From an uncultured delta proteobacterium (GTDB lineage: Bacteria > Myxococcota_A > Polyangia > Fen-1088), in NCBI GenBank assembly GCA_963737265.1, contig CAVTRY010000011.1:1335271-1399270 (forward strand): 64,000 bases of DNA. Direction: 5' to 3'. Position numbers and translations under genes: made by a program. The notes below the pieces were generated by a model. It was not told the DNA's origin. It did no database searches and was given only the letters and a program-made list of their open reading frames with translations. Positions 51,978 through 62,062 of this stretch are shown here, in pieces; the stretch's first letter is position 1; each line of letters begins with the position of its first letter.

Positions 51978-53033
51978 ATGGCAAGTAGCAATAGTTCGTT
52001 GAAGCAATCTATGGATGACGTCGGCCATTACGACGCTGCGACCCTCGGCGGTGACGGCATAGAAATTGTCGCTCAAAGTCCAGCTATGCGGCGGGTGGTG
52101 GACCAGGCAACACGTGTAGCCAAATTCGACTGCACAGTTCTCATTACTGGCGAAAGTGGCACCGGCAAAGAGAGAATCGCCCGGCTTCTTCACGCGGCGT
52201 CGGTTCGGGCAGAACGACCCTTTATCGCCGTCAACTGCGGGGCGATTTCCGAAACGCTCATCGACAGCGAACTCTTCGGACACGCCCGGGGGTCATTCAC
52301 TGGCGCGAATTCGCCGCGGGCAGGCCTGTTCGAAGCGGCGGACGGGGGGACGCTCCTGCTAGACGAGGTCGCCGAGCTTCCGCCTAGCTTTCAAGTCAAG
52401 CTTCTGCGCGTTCTCCAGGAGCGCGAGGTCCGACGCGTTGGGGAGAACAGCGGTCGACGGGTCGATGTTCGCATAGTAGCCGCAACTAACCGAGACCTAG
52501 CGAATGGGACCGTCGTCGGCGCGCTCCGACAGGACCTGTACTACCGTCTCAAGGTCGTCAGTCTCCATGTCCCCCCGTTGCGCGAGCGCACAACTGACAT
52601 CCTCGCGCTGGCTCAGGTACTTCTCACGGCAGCCGGAGCGCGCATGAAGCGCAAGCTGTTGGGCGTGGCTCCATGCGCCGCCCAGCAGATCTTGCGCTAC
52701 AGCTGGCCTGGAAACGTACGAGAGTTGGAGAACGCGATGGAACGCGCCGTCGCGCTCTCGCGCGGAGGGTGGGTCGAAGCCGGCGATTTGCCAGAAGAGA
52801 TTTCTTCTTGTTCTTCCAATTCCGTGGACAAAAGTCAGCCACCTCGTCCACTCGACGAAATCGAGAAGGAACATATCTTGGCAGTGCTGAAGCTCAACGA
52901 TGGCAACCGAACACACACCGCTGCGCAACTCCGGATCGGATCGGCGACGCTGTACAGGAAGCTCAAGCGTTACGGCCTCGTCGTCCAACGGCGGTTACGT
53001 CCGATGTCATTCCAGACCTCCGCCCCTTCATAG
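51978..53033 (+). CDS. Sigma-54 enhancer-binding protein without an N-terminal sensor domain
   Basis: GESGTGKE within the first ~65 residues, GSFTGA, WPGNVREL, Fis-type HTH. Confidence 0.9.
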   Translation: MASSNSSLKQSMDDVGHYDAATLGGDGIEIVAQSPAMRRVVDQATRVAKFDCTVLITGESGTGKERIARLLHAASVRAERPFIAVNCGAISETLIDSELFGHARGSFTGANSPRAGLFEAADGGTLLLDEVAELPPSFQVKLLRVLQEREVRRVGENSGRRVDVRIVAATNRDLANGTVVGALRQDLYYRLKVVSLHVPPLRERTTDILALAQVLLTAAGARMKRKLLGVAPCAAQQILRYSWPGNVRELENAMERAVALSRGGWVEAGDLPEEISSCSSNSVDKSQPPRPLDEIEKEHILAVLKLNDGNRTHTAAQLRIGSATLYRKLKRYGLVVQRRLRPMSFQTSAPS

Positions 53034-53145
53034 CGAGGGGGCCATGCGTAATCACAGTTCCGTCAAGGTAACCAGGTTGGCCCAGGTGTTACGGATTTCA
53101 CCACGACACAGAGTGGCTCTATTTAGAAGGCGAAACGATGGCGGA

Positions 53146-53161
53146 TGGCACGGCAATTGCT
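53146..53161 (+). promoter_or_regulatory. Sigma-54 (-24/-12) promoter
   Basis: TGGCACG-GCAA-TTGCT matches the consensus, about 70 bp upstream of GAGGT-ATG 53230. Confidence 0.75.
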
Positions 53162-53229
53162 GCCAGTTTGGTGTGCCCAAATCCAATCCCACCGCGTGGA
53201 CGACAAAGTGCATTTCGCCCGAGGTATCG

Positions 53230-56200
53230 ATGGAAGCCGTCGCCGTTCGGACTGAAGAGACCCCGGTCGTCGCTCCCAAGGTTCTCGTGGCGGCGACCTT
53301 TGCGGCCGACCCTCTTCTCGGGCCACTTGGACATGTGCTGGGCGAAATCGGACTGGGATTGGAGGTTGAAATCGGGCCCTACGGCCAGATATTTCAGCAG
53401 CTGCTCGATCCGGCAAGTCAGTTCGCGACCAACCCGGAGGGAATCAACGTGGTCATGGTTCGGTTCGAGGATTGGCTGCGCGGCGCGGACGGTGAGCTTG
53501 AACTAGAGGGGCCGGCGCGCGATTCGCTCGAACGTAACGTGATGGACCTCGGCAAGGCCTTGCGCGAGGCGGCCTCGAAGATGCCGACCCCCATCGTTCT
53601 ATGCGTGTGTCCGGCGTCGCCCGCCGTCACTGCCAACCACGAGTTGAGGCAAGCGGTGCGCGCGCTGGAGGACAGGCTGTGCGCGGACGCCGCGGAGCTC
53701 GCCACCATTCGTGTGTTGCCGTCGGCCAGCCTACTAGGCCTGGGTGTTTCCGACGTTTACGACCCGATTGGCGACCGCCTGGGTAACGTGCCCTACACGC
53801 CGCGCTTCTTCTGCACCATCGGCCTGCGGCTGTCGCGCTTGATTCATGCCTTGCGGTCCCCGTCCGCCAAGGTACTGGTGCTCGATTGCGACAACACTCT
53901 TTGGAAGGGCGAGGTCGGCGCGGATGGCGTCGCGGGCATACAGATTACGGATGCGTACCGGGGCATTCAGGAATTCGCGCTCGAGAAGAAGCGGGCCGGC
54001 ATGGTGCTTTGCCTTGCCAGCAAGAACACCGAATTCGACGTGGTCGAGGTGTTCGAAAAACGCCGGGATATGGTCCTGCGCGCCGACGACATCGTTGCGA
54101 TGAGGGTTAACTGGCGCCCCAAGTCGGAAAACATTCGGAGCCTGGCCGAGGAGCTCAATCTCGGACTCGACAGCTTCGTCTTCGTCGACGACAACCCACT
54201 TGAGTGCGCCGAGGTCGAGGCGTCCTGCCCCGGCGTCTTGGTTCTTCGTTTGCCAGTGGATGAGGATCCGGTCGCTTTTCTGCGCAACGTCTGGCCGCTC
54301 AACCTCCTCGACGTCACCGAGGAGGACGGGCGGCGCAGCGACATGTACCGGGAGAATCTGGCGCGCAACCGCTTCGGACGCTCGGCGGGCACCTTGGCGA
54401 ATTTCCTCGCTGGCCTGGATCTGCAGATCGACATTGCACCTCCAACCGAGGCTCAGCTTGCGCGCGTGGCGCAGCTGACCCAGCGGACGAATCAATTCAA
54501 TTTCACGAACCGACGCCGAAGCGTGGCCGAGATTGCTTTGGCACTCCGCCGGGGCACCGAGTGTCGCGCGGTGGAGGTGCGGGATCGTTTCGGGAACTAC
54601 GGGTTGGTCGGCGTCGTGTTGTTCGAGCCGGACAGCGACGCGCTCGTCATCGACACGTTCCTGCTCAGCTGCCGCGTCCTGGGTCGCGGCGTGGAGCACG
54701 CCGTGCTGCGGGAAATCGGCAACATCGCGCGCGGGCGTGGGCTTGCCCGGGTCGAGGCACTGCTGATTCCCACCAAGAGGAATCTGCCTGCCCGCGCTTT
54801 CCTCGAAAGCCTGGACGCGGACCTGCGGCTGACCGTTCCGGAAGGTACGCGCATCGTGTTTTCGGTCGAGCGCGCCTGCGGGGTAGGTTACACGCCGGGT
54901 GACGCGTCGATTGAGATCGTGGATGAGCACAAGTCGTCCGATCGGATGCCCCAGCTGACCAACGATTCGCGCTCGGACCGCTGGAATCGCCTGGCTCGCA
55001 CACTCCGCAGTCCCGACATAGTCATGCAAACGCTGCTGGGGCACTCGCCAGATTGCCGTCGAACCAGCGTGAAACCCACCGCCCCCCCGCGCACGCCGAC
55101 CGAGCAGCGGCTTTGCGCCATTTGGGCCGAGGCCCTGAACCTTCCCGAGGTGGGCATCGAGGATGACTACCACGCCGACTTGGGTGGCACCTCGCTCATC
55201 GCGGTTACCATTTTCGCGCGCATCGAACGCGAGCTGGGCGCCCGCCTGCCGCTCGCCACCCTGGTCGAGGCTCCCACCGTTTCGGCCCTCGCGGGGCGTA
55301 TCGACCGGCCCGTCGAGCAGCAGTCGCTGATGCTGCTTCACGCTGGCGGCCCAGGTGTCCCGCTCTTCCTCGCGCACGACGCCGACGGCGAGATTTTGCT
55401 TTACCGCAATCTTGCCCGCCGCCTTGGCGATCGCCCTATTTATGGGCTTCGGCCGCGTGGCTGTCCCGAGGTGCCCATCCTCCACACCCGCATCCAGGAC
55501 ATGGCTGCGCACTACGTTGCCGAGATTCGCAAGGTGCGCCCGCACGGACCCTATCTTCTAGGCGGTTTGTGCGCGGGTGGCATCGTGGCCTACGAGATGG
55601 CCGTGCAGCTGGAAGACGCAGGGGAAACCGCGCGACTGGTGGCGGTCTTCGATGCCGCCGACGTGGAGGCCCGACGTAAGCCTCACCTTGAAAACCGTCG
55701 CCGCATGGATCGCATCCGACAAACCATGGGAGGCGCCGGTTCGCCGGCCAGCGCGCTGCGTGCCCTGGCCACCAAGGTTCGTAGATACGCCGTCTACCAG
55801 GTCGCGAGTCGCACGAAAGCAATCATAAACAAGACGGCGGTGGCGACCTTGCGGTTCTTCTTGGATCGCGGCCTTTCTTTGCCGTCGTGGGCACGCAAGG
55901 TGGATGTCAGGACCGTCTACACCGCGGCCGAAGCCGAGTACCGCCCGCGCCGGGCTCTCAAAAACGAAATCGTTCTTTTTCGCGCCACTGCGGGCGATGG
56001 TCCCGAGGAGCCGTACCTCAATATCTACTCCGATCCCCTTCTTGGTTGGGGAAAGCGCAGCTTGGTCGGAATGCGGGCGTTCGACGTGCCGGGCGGCCAC
56101 GGCAGCATGTTGCAGGAACCCTACGTGGCGGCCATATCCGAGATCCTGCGCAACTACCTCGGCTTCACCGACGCGGCTGGCTCGGACGATGCGACCGCGG

Positions 56201-56232
56201 AAACCACCGTTGCGGGAGGTGCGCGCGCGTGA
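53230..56232 (+). CDS. FkbH-like HAD-IIIC phosphatase/glyceryl transferase fused to a carrier-protein domain and a thioesterase domain
   Basis: VLDCDNTLWKG, ASKN, FVDDNP, QRTNQFN, LLSCRVLGRGVE (FkbH); LGGTSL (phosphopantetheine site); GPYLLGGLCAGG and PGGHGSM (TE). Confidence 0.88.
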   Translation: MEAVAVRTEETPVVAPKVLVAATFAADPLLGPLGHVLGEIGLGLEVEIGPYGQIFQQLLDPASQFATNPEGINVVMVRFEDWLRGADGELELEGPARDSLERNVMDLGKALREAASKMPTPIVLCVCPASPAVTANHELRQAVRALEDRLCADAAELATIRVLPSASLLGLGVSDVYDPIGDRLGNVPYTPRFFCTIGLRLSRLIHALRSPSAKVLVLDCDNTLWKGEVGADGVAGIQITDAYRGIQEFALEKKRAGMVLCLASKNTEFDVVEVFEKRRDMVLRADDIVAMRVNWRPKSENIRSLAEELNLGLDSFVFVDDNPLECAEVEASCPGVLVLRLPVDEDPVAFLRNVWPLNLLDVTEEDGRRSDMYRENLARNRFGRSAGTLANFLAGLDLQIDIAPPTEAQLARVAQLTQRTNQFNFTNRRRSVAEIALALRRGTECRAVEVRDRFGNYGLVGVVLFEPDSDALVIDTFLLSCRVLGRGVEHAVLREIGNIARGRGLARVEALLIPTKRNLPARAFLESLDADLRLTVPEGTRIVFSVERACGVGYTPGDASIEIVDEHKSSDRMPQLTNDSRSDRWNRLARTLRSPDIVMQTLLGHSPDCRRTSVKPTAPPRTPTEQRLCAIWAEALNLPEVGIEDDYHADLGGTSLIAVTIFARIERELGARLPLATLVEAPTVSALAGRIDRPVEQQSLMLLHAGGPGVPLFLAHDADGEILLYRNLARRLGDRPIYGLRPRGCPEVPILHTRIQDMAAHYVAEIRKVRPHGPYLLGGLCAGGIVAYEMAVQLEDAGETARLVAVFDAADVEARRKPHLENRRRMDRIRQTMGGAGSPASALRALATKVRRYAVYQVASRTKAIINKTAVATLRFFLDRGLSLPSWARKVDVRTVYTAAEAEYRPRRALKNEIVLFRATAGDGPEEPYLNIYSDPLLGWGKRSLVGMRAFDVPGGHGSMLQEPYVAAISEILRNYLGFTDAAGSDDATAETTVAGGARA

Positions 56233-56800
56233 CTGAAACGGGCGGCGCGCCGCGCGGGTGCGAGCACGGCGATTGCGGTTTCGTTCTGCTGCTGCGTTGT
56301 GATGGCAGTATGATGCTCATTCATCGGCTCCCTATCTTGGGTCTTGCTGCCGGAGAGCTGTCGCGGCGTCGCCGACCGCGCTGGCCGTCAAAGGCGTCTG
56401 AGAATAACGGTTCATCGCGCGTTCGGGTGATTGCGAAGGCAACGGCGTAGCCGCCGCTCCGGGGGCCGTCAAGGCGCTTCGCGCCTCCTCCGCTTCGCTC
56501 CGGCCCTACGGGTGACGGCCTCCTCGCTGGCGGCTCAGGTGCTGCTATGCGACGACGAGGATCTCGTCGCCGCGCGCGACGGTGCGCGAAATGAAAAGTG
56601 GACGTCCGTCGGTGATCCTTCGGGTTTATGCAAATCACGAGGAACTCCCAACGAACGTCCGTCCCTGGTATTTTGGCATTGCAGCTGGCCATTGCAAACC
56701 TGAGGCGCTTTTGAGGAAGAGTCCGGGTCTGCCTGCAGAAGTAGTCCACCCTCGACCTGATCGGTGGTGGCAGCGGAGGTGGCGAGGCGGGCGGGTTCCG

Positions 56801-57247
56801 GTGAGCGTGGCCGCGATGTGCACGCGGCTCAAGAAACGGCCATGCCGGATTTGTGGGAAGTGGTTCTGGCCTGACCCACGGGTCGGGCAGCGACAGCGGA
56901 CGTGCACGGCGAAGGAATGCCAGTGCAAGCGCCGGGCGTGGACGCAGGCAGCGTGGCGTGGTGCGAACCCGGAGTACGCCATCGCGTACCGGCTGCAAAA
57001 GCGGGCAGCGGCGCCGGAAAGGGAGCGCTCGGAAGCGCGTCATCCACCGCCCTTGGATCGACTGCCCTGGGACCTGGCGAAAGACGAGTTCAAGGCGCAA
57101 GGCCGCGATTTTCTTGAGGTATTGGCGCGAGTCCTCCTGGCTGGCATGAAAGACGAGATGCGAGCCCAAGTAGCCGTAATCACGCATGAATTCCGAGGAC
57201 ACCCCCCTTTGGTACCGAAAGACCAGACCGGGACTGCGGCAGTGTAG
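56801..57247 (+). CDS. Small Cys-cluster (putative Zn-binding) protein
   Basis: RPCRICGKWFWPDPRVGQRQRTCTAKEC; 7 bp upstream of the ParB-like gene. Confidence 0.65.
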   Translation: MSVAAMCTRLKKRPCRICGKWFWPDPRVGQRQRTCTAKECQCKRRAWTQAAWRGANPEYAIAYRLQKRAAAPERERSEARHPPPLDRLPWDLAKDEFKAQGRDFLEVLARVLLAGMKDEMRAQVAVITHEFRGHPPLVPKDQTGTAAV

Positions 57248-57254
57248 CCGGGCG

Positions 57255-58172
57255 ATGGAGGTTGAATTTCAACATCTGGATTTGCGCTACGAGCGGCTGC
57301 GCAAGCACCACCCTGCGCGCGAGCGGCAGTTGCTCGGATCGCTGGCCGACCACGGGCAGCAGGTGCCTATCGTGGTGGTGCGTGGCCCGGGCGAGATGCG
57401 TGTGGTGATCGATGGGTACAAGCGGGTGCGGGCGCTACAGCGGCTGGCGCGGGACACGGTGTGCGCGACGGAATGGTCGGTGTCGGAGCCAGAGGCGCTG
57501 ATCGTGGAGCGGGTGATGCGTGCCACGAGCGGCGAGGACGCGCTGGAGCAAGGCTGGCTTCTGCGCGAACTGGTCGATCGATTTGGGCTCGGCCAGGAGG
57601 AGTTGAGCCGGCGCTTCGACAAGAGCAAGAGCTGGGTGAGCCGGCGGCTAGCGCTGGTCGCGGCTTTACCGACGGCGATCCAGGACACCGTACGCCAGGG
57701 GAAACTGGCGGCACACGCTGCGATGAAGTACTTCGTGCCGTTGGCGCGCGCCAACGAAGAAGTGGCGGTGTCTCTGGCGGCAAAAGCGGCGACGCTGCGA
57801 CTGAGCACGCGGCAGGTGGGCGCCTTGTACGTGGGCTATGTCTCTGGAAGCGCGCGAACACGCGAGCTGGTGTTGCAAGACCCGCGGATCTTTCTGCGCG
57901 TGCAACAGGAGGCACAGCAGAAGAAGGACGCGCCCCAGGGGCCGGTCAAGGAGATTGAAGGCGAATTGGGTGCGCTGGGCGGGATTGCCCGCCGACTGCA
58001 CCGGAAGCTGCAACAGGGGCTGTGGCGCAATCTGGATCCCTGCGAGCACGAGGAAATCAGGTCGCATGTGCAGCGGGCGCGTGCGGATGTGCAGACGTGC
58101 CTGGCGAATTTCGACGAGGAGCAAAGTGATGCTGGACCAGAACACGCGAACGTCGATTCTCAAGCTTCGTGA
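57255..58172 (+). CDS. ParB/RepB/Spo0J-like protein
   Basis: SLADHGQQVPIVV, VIDGYKRVRAL, HTH QEELSRRFDKSKSWVSRRLAL. Confidence 0.85.
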   Translation: MEVEFQHLDLRYERLRKHHPARERQLLGSLADHGQQVPIVVVRGPGEMRVVIDGYKRVRALQRLARDTVCATEWSVSEPEALIVERVMRATSGEDALEQGWLLRELVDRFGLGQEELSRRFDKSKSWVSRRLALVAALPTAIQDTVRQGKLAAHAAMKYFVPLARANEEVAVSLAAKAATLRLSTRQVGALYVGYVSGSARTRELVLQDPRIFLRVQQEAQQKKDAPQGPVKEIEGELGALGGIARRLHRKLQQGLWRNLDPCEHEEIRSHVQRARADVQTCLANFDEEQSDAGPEHANVDSQAS

Positions 58173-59559
58173 AAAGGGGCACGGCACGCGCAAGATCGCC
58201 CGTGCGCTCGGGGTCTCGCGAAAAGCGGTGTGCCGGGTGATCGAAAGTGGAGACGCGGCCGTGCCCATGATCGAGCGACGAGAGCTGGCCGAGCCCTACC
58301 GGGAGCAAATTCTAGAACTGCACGCCGCATGCAAAGGACATCTGGGGCGGGTCCACGAGGAGCTGGTGAAACAGGGCGCGACCTTATCGTACCAGGCCCT
58401 GACGGGATTCTGCCGTCGCCACGGGATTGGGTACGAGGCGCCGTTGCCGGCTGGGCGCTACGAATTCGCACCTGGGGAAGAAATGCAGCACGACACTTCA
58501 CCCCACCGGGCGAAGATGAAAGGCGTGCTGGTCGAAGTAGAGACGGCATCGCTGGTGCTGTGCTACTCGCGCATGCTGTATTTCCAGATGTATCCGCGCT
58601 TTCGGCGCTTCGAGTGCAAGGTCTTTCTGACCGACGCGCTCGGGTATTTTGGCGGCGCCGCCGGCCGGTGCATGATCGACAATACGCATGTGGTGGTGCT
58701 CAAGGGGACGGGCAAGACCATGGTGCCGGTGCCGGAGATGGTGGCTTTGGGCCAGCGCTTTGGCTTTGTCTTCGCGGCCCACGAGGTGGGTGATGCCAAT
58801 CGCTCGGCCCGTGTCGAGGGGCCGTTCAACTGGATCGAAAACAATTTTCTCAACAACCACGACTTCAACGACTGGGAGCACCTGAACCGGGAAGCCACCG
58901 CCTGGTGTGACAAGGCCAACGCCACCCACAGCAGCAAGCTGCACGGAACCCGGCGCGAGCTCTTCGCGGTGGAGCAGCCTCGACTGCGACCGCTGCCCAT
59001 CTTCGTCCCCGAGGTGTACCAGTTGCAGCACCGCTTTGTGGATGTGGAGGGCTACGTGCGCATCAACCGCATTCGCTACTCCGCCCCGTACCAGCTCATT
59101 GGCCGGCTTCTGGAAGTGCGCGAATTGAAAGATCGGGTCGATGTCTACGATGGCCCTCGGTTAGTGGCCACGCACCGTCGGGTCCACGGTCCCCTGGATA
59201 TCCGCGTGACCGATCCGGCGCACCGGCCGGAACGAGGCAGGCTAAAACCCGCCGCGGGACCGCCACCCGAAGAAACCGCGATCCTTTCACGCGAGCCAAG
59301 GCTCTCCGCCTACGTGGCCGCATGCAAGCAACACGTCGGCGGCCGTGGTGTCCTGGTGTTGCGACGGCTGCTAGGCATGCTGCGCGAGTACCCGCGCGAG
59401 CCCTTGCTCGCGGCTGTCGAACGCGCCCAGCAGTACGGCCTCTATGACCTGGGCCGGCTCGAACGCCTGGTGCTCGAACAGATCCGGCGTGACTACTTCG
59501 TGATGGACGGCCTGTTGCCCGGTGAGAACGACGACGAGGAGAACGACGATGACCGATGA
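58129..59559 (+). CDS. istA: IS21 transposase
   Basis: N-terminal HTH, PGEEMQHDTS, CMIDN, SARVEGPF, YSAPYQLIG. Confidence 0.88.
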   Translation: MLDQNTRTSILKLREKGHGTRKIARALGVSRKAVCRVIESGDAAVPMIERRELAEPYREQILELHAACKGHLGRVHEELVKQGATLSYQALTGFCRRHGIGYEAPLPAGRYEFAPGEEMQHDTSPHRAKMKGVLVEVETASLVLCYSRMLYFQMYPRFRRFECKVFLTDALGYFGGAAGRCMIDNTHVVVLKGTGKTMVPVPEMVALGQRFGFVFAAHEVGDANRSARVEGPFNWIENNFLNNHDFNDWEHLNREATAWCDKANATHSSKLHGTRRELFAVEQPRLRPLPIFVPEVYQLQHRFVDVEGYVRINRIRYSAPYQLIGRLLEVRELKDRVDVYDGPRLVATHRRVHGPLDIRVTDPAHRPERGRLKPAAGPPPEETAILSREPRLSAYVAACKQHVGGRGVLVLRRLLGMLREYPREPLLAAVERAQQYGLYDLGRLERLVLEQIRRDYFVMDGLLPGENDDEENDDDR

Positions 59560-60277
59560 CCTCGACCAACTGCTCAAGCTGCTGCGCCTCAAGGGGATGT
59601 CCGAGATCCTCGACGAGGAAATGCGCAAGGCCGACAAAGAAAGCATGCCCTTTCGCAAGCTGCTGGCGCGTCTGCTGCGCGCCGAGTGGCAGCACCGGCA
59701 AGAGAGCGCGCTGGCCTGGAGGATCAAACACGCGGCCATGCCCGAGAAGTGGAGCATCGAGTCCTTCCCCTGGAAGAGCCAGCCTGGCGTCAACCAGCGG
59801 CAGATCCGCACCTTCGCTGACCTGGACTTCATCCCCAAGGCTGAAAACATCGTGCTCATTGGTCCGACCGGCGTGGGTAAGACCGGGCTGGCGTGTGGTC
59901 TTCTGCTCAAGGCTCTGCACAATGGCCATCGCGGCGTCTTCGTGCGCGCGCAAGATCTCTTCGACGAGATGTACGCATCCCTGGCCGACCGCTCGACGCG
60001 CAAGCTGCTCAAGTACCTGGCGCGCATTGATGTATTGCTGATTGATGAAATGGGCTATTTGAACGTGAAGCCCGAGCAAGCCAACATCTTCTTCAAGTTG
60101 ATGGAAGAACGGTACCGTCGCTTTCCAACCATCATCACCACCAATCTTGATTACGACGATTGGTACAGCTTCCTGGGCAATAAGCCCCTGGTCGAAGCAC
60201 TGCTCAGCCGCTTGCGCCACCAGTGCCACACGGTGAAGATCGACGGCCCCTCCCTGCGCACGCCGGCCGCCCCCTGA
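59549..60277 (+). CDS. istB: IS21 ATP-binding helper protein
   Basis: GPTGVGKT, LLIDEMGY, ITTNL. Confidence 0.92.
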   Translation: MTDDLDQLLKLLRLKGMSEILDEEMRKADKESMPFRKLLARLLRAEWQHRQESALAWRIKHAAMPEKWSIESFPWKSQPGVNQRQIRTFADLDFIPKAENIVLIGPTGVGKTGLACGLLLKALHNGHRGVFVRAQDLFDEMYASLADRSTRKLLKYLARIDVLLIDEMGYLNVKPEQANIFFKLMEERYRRFPTIITTNLDYDDWYSFLGNKPLVEALLSRLRHQCHTVKIDGPSLRTPAAP

Positions 60278-60302
60278 CCTCGATCCCGAGAGCACCGCAG
60301 CC

Positions 60303-61954
60303 ATGAGCCCCAGAACACTGCCGCACATCGTCTCCTTCGCCATCCCCGCCATCGAGCCACGCCAGGCCGAGGCACTCATGGACCTGCTCGGACAACTACA
60401 GGCCGCACTGTGGGATGCATACGGTGAAGCCATCTGAAGTGGACCCCTTTGGTAGGACCAGAAATGGCCCGAGCTAAGAGAGAGTCCGCGTGGGTTTGTT
60501 TGTAGATCCGGGTGAGCCTCGCCGGCAAGGAAATTGTTGAGAGCGGAGGCATGCTGATGGCTGCTGTCCACGGATGCAATGCGCGCACGGCCCCACAGAA
60601 GCAGGTGAACGCGTTGCAGTTGTGGGCAGCGTGCCATCAGCATGATGCAGCGGCGATTTAGGCGGCCTCTTTCATCGCCGACTTCTTTAGTTCGAATTCG
60701 TAAAACGCTACGGGTGTCTGAAATCCAAGGGTTTGGTGAGGCCGCCTGTGGTTGTACTTGTCCAGGTAGATCGCGATGCCACTGCGGGCGTCGGCCACGT
60801 CTCGGTAGTCGTTCAAGTAGACCTCCTCGCATTTGACAGACCGCCATAGACGCTCAACGAAGATGTTGTCCATGAATCGGCCGCGACCGTCCATGCTGAC
60901 CTTTACGCCCTTGTCCAGCAAAACCGATGTGAAGTTGTCGTCGGTAAACTGCGACCCCTGGTCGGTGTTGAAGATCTCCGGCAAGCCGAAGTTCGCAAGA
61001 GCTTCTTCCACGACCTCGATGCAAAAACGGCTGTCCATCGTGTTTGAAATGCGCCAGGACAGAACCCGGCGCGTGTACCAATCCATCACGGCGACCAGGT
61101 AGCAATGCCCCTGTCTCGTCGGGATGTACGTGATATCCGAGGCCCACACCTGATTGGGCCGAATGATCGCGAGATGGCGCAGCAAGTACGGGAATTTCGT
61201 ATGTTCCGGCGCGGGGACGGTCGTCCGTGGTTTGGGCGCCAGCGCTTCGATGCCCATGATTCGCATCAGTCTCTGCACCCGTTTGCGATTCACCGTCTGC
61301 CCCTGTGCCTTTAGCAACCGTGACAGCTTCCGGCTGCCGAATGCTGGCAATTCGAGATGCAGCTTGTCCAGCTCCTTGCAGATGGCCAGATCTTCCTCTG
61401 CCATCGGCATCGGCTCCCAGTAGATGCCCGATCTCGCAAGATTCAGCAGCTCGCACTGCCGACGGACAGATAGGTCGTTGTGGGGCTCGATCATGGCGCG
61501 CTTCTCCGTCAGCGAATGCGCGCGAGCCCGCGTGCTAAAAAATCATTCTCCAGCGTCAGCTGCCCCACCTTGCGCAGCAATTCCGATTCGCGTTCGGCGT
61601 TCGCCGATTCCTCTGCATTTGCATGGCCTGGTTCGAAAACCATGGCCAGCCGTGTGACGGCTTCCTTCTTCCACTTGTGAACCAGGTTCGGGTTGATCTT
61701 GTATCGGCGCCCGATCTCCACAACCGTTGCCTGCTCCCGCATGGCTTCGAGAGCTACCTGCGCCTTGAAGAGTGCTGTGTGCTTTTGGCGGTTCGTTTTC
61801 ATCGTGTCCTGCCTCGTTGTTGAGGCGGACTACACCTTAGCTCCTGGTCCCATTTTTGGGGTCCACTTCAATCCTCGCAACCGCGGACGACCCTCTCCAA
61901 GACATCGACCAAGACGAGCCCACGTCAGATCCCGGCGACGCCTCGCCTTTCTGA
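60303..61954 (+). pseudogene. 70-aa ORF split by IS3 copy 2
   Basis: Removing 60435-61873 restores MSPRTLPH...LWDAYGEAI/LATADDPL...ASPF* in frame. Confidence 0.65.
60435..61870 (-). mobile_element. IS3-family element, copy 2 (orfA 61509-61802, orfB 60658-61494)
   Basis: Same IRs as copy 1; 3-bp target duplication ATC; intact DDE core. Confidence 0.96.
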
Positions 61955-62062
61955 CCCGCCCTTGTCCCGCCATCGCTTGGCTGGGTGACAACCGCTGGCC
62001 TCGCCACGCGCCGTCGCTGCGTCCGTCTTTCACGTCCACGTGTCCATTCCCGGCCGCGATCG

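Larger units (their letters stand above)
56548..62062 (+). mobile_element. IS21-like element with accessory Zn-finger, ParB-like and small downstream ORFs (ends uncertain; contains an IS3 insertion)
   Basis: Co-oriented, overlapping ORF run ending in istA-istB; terminal IRs not confidently resolved. Confidence 0.6.

Noticed and set aside
52900-53229. 110-aa N-terminal extension of the FkbH fusion
   Set aside because: Overlaps the upstream gene and contains the sigma-54 promoter; the RBS supports ATG 53230.
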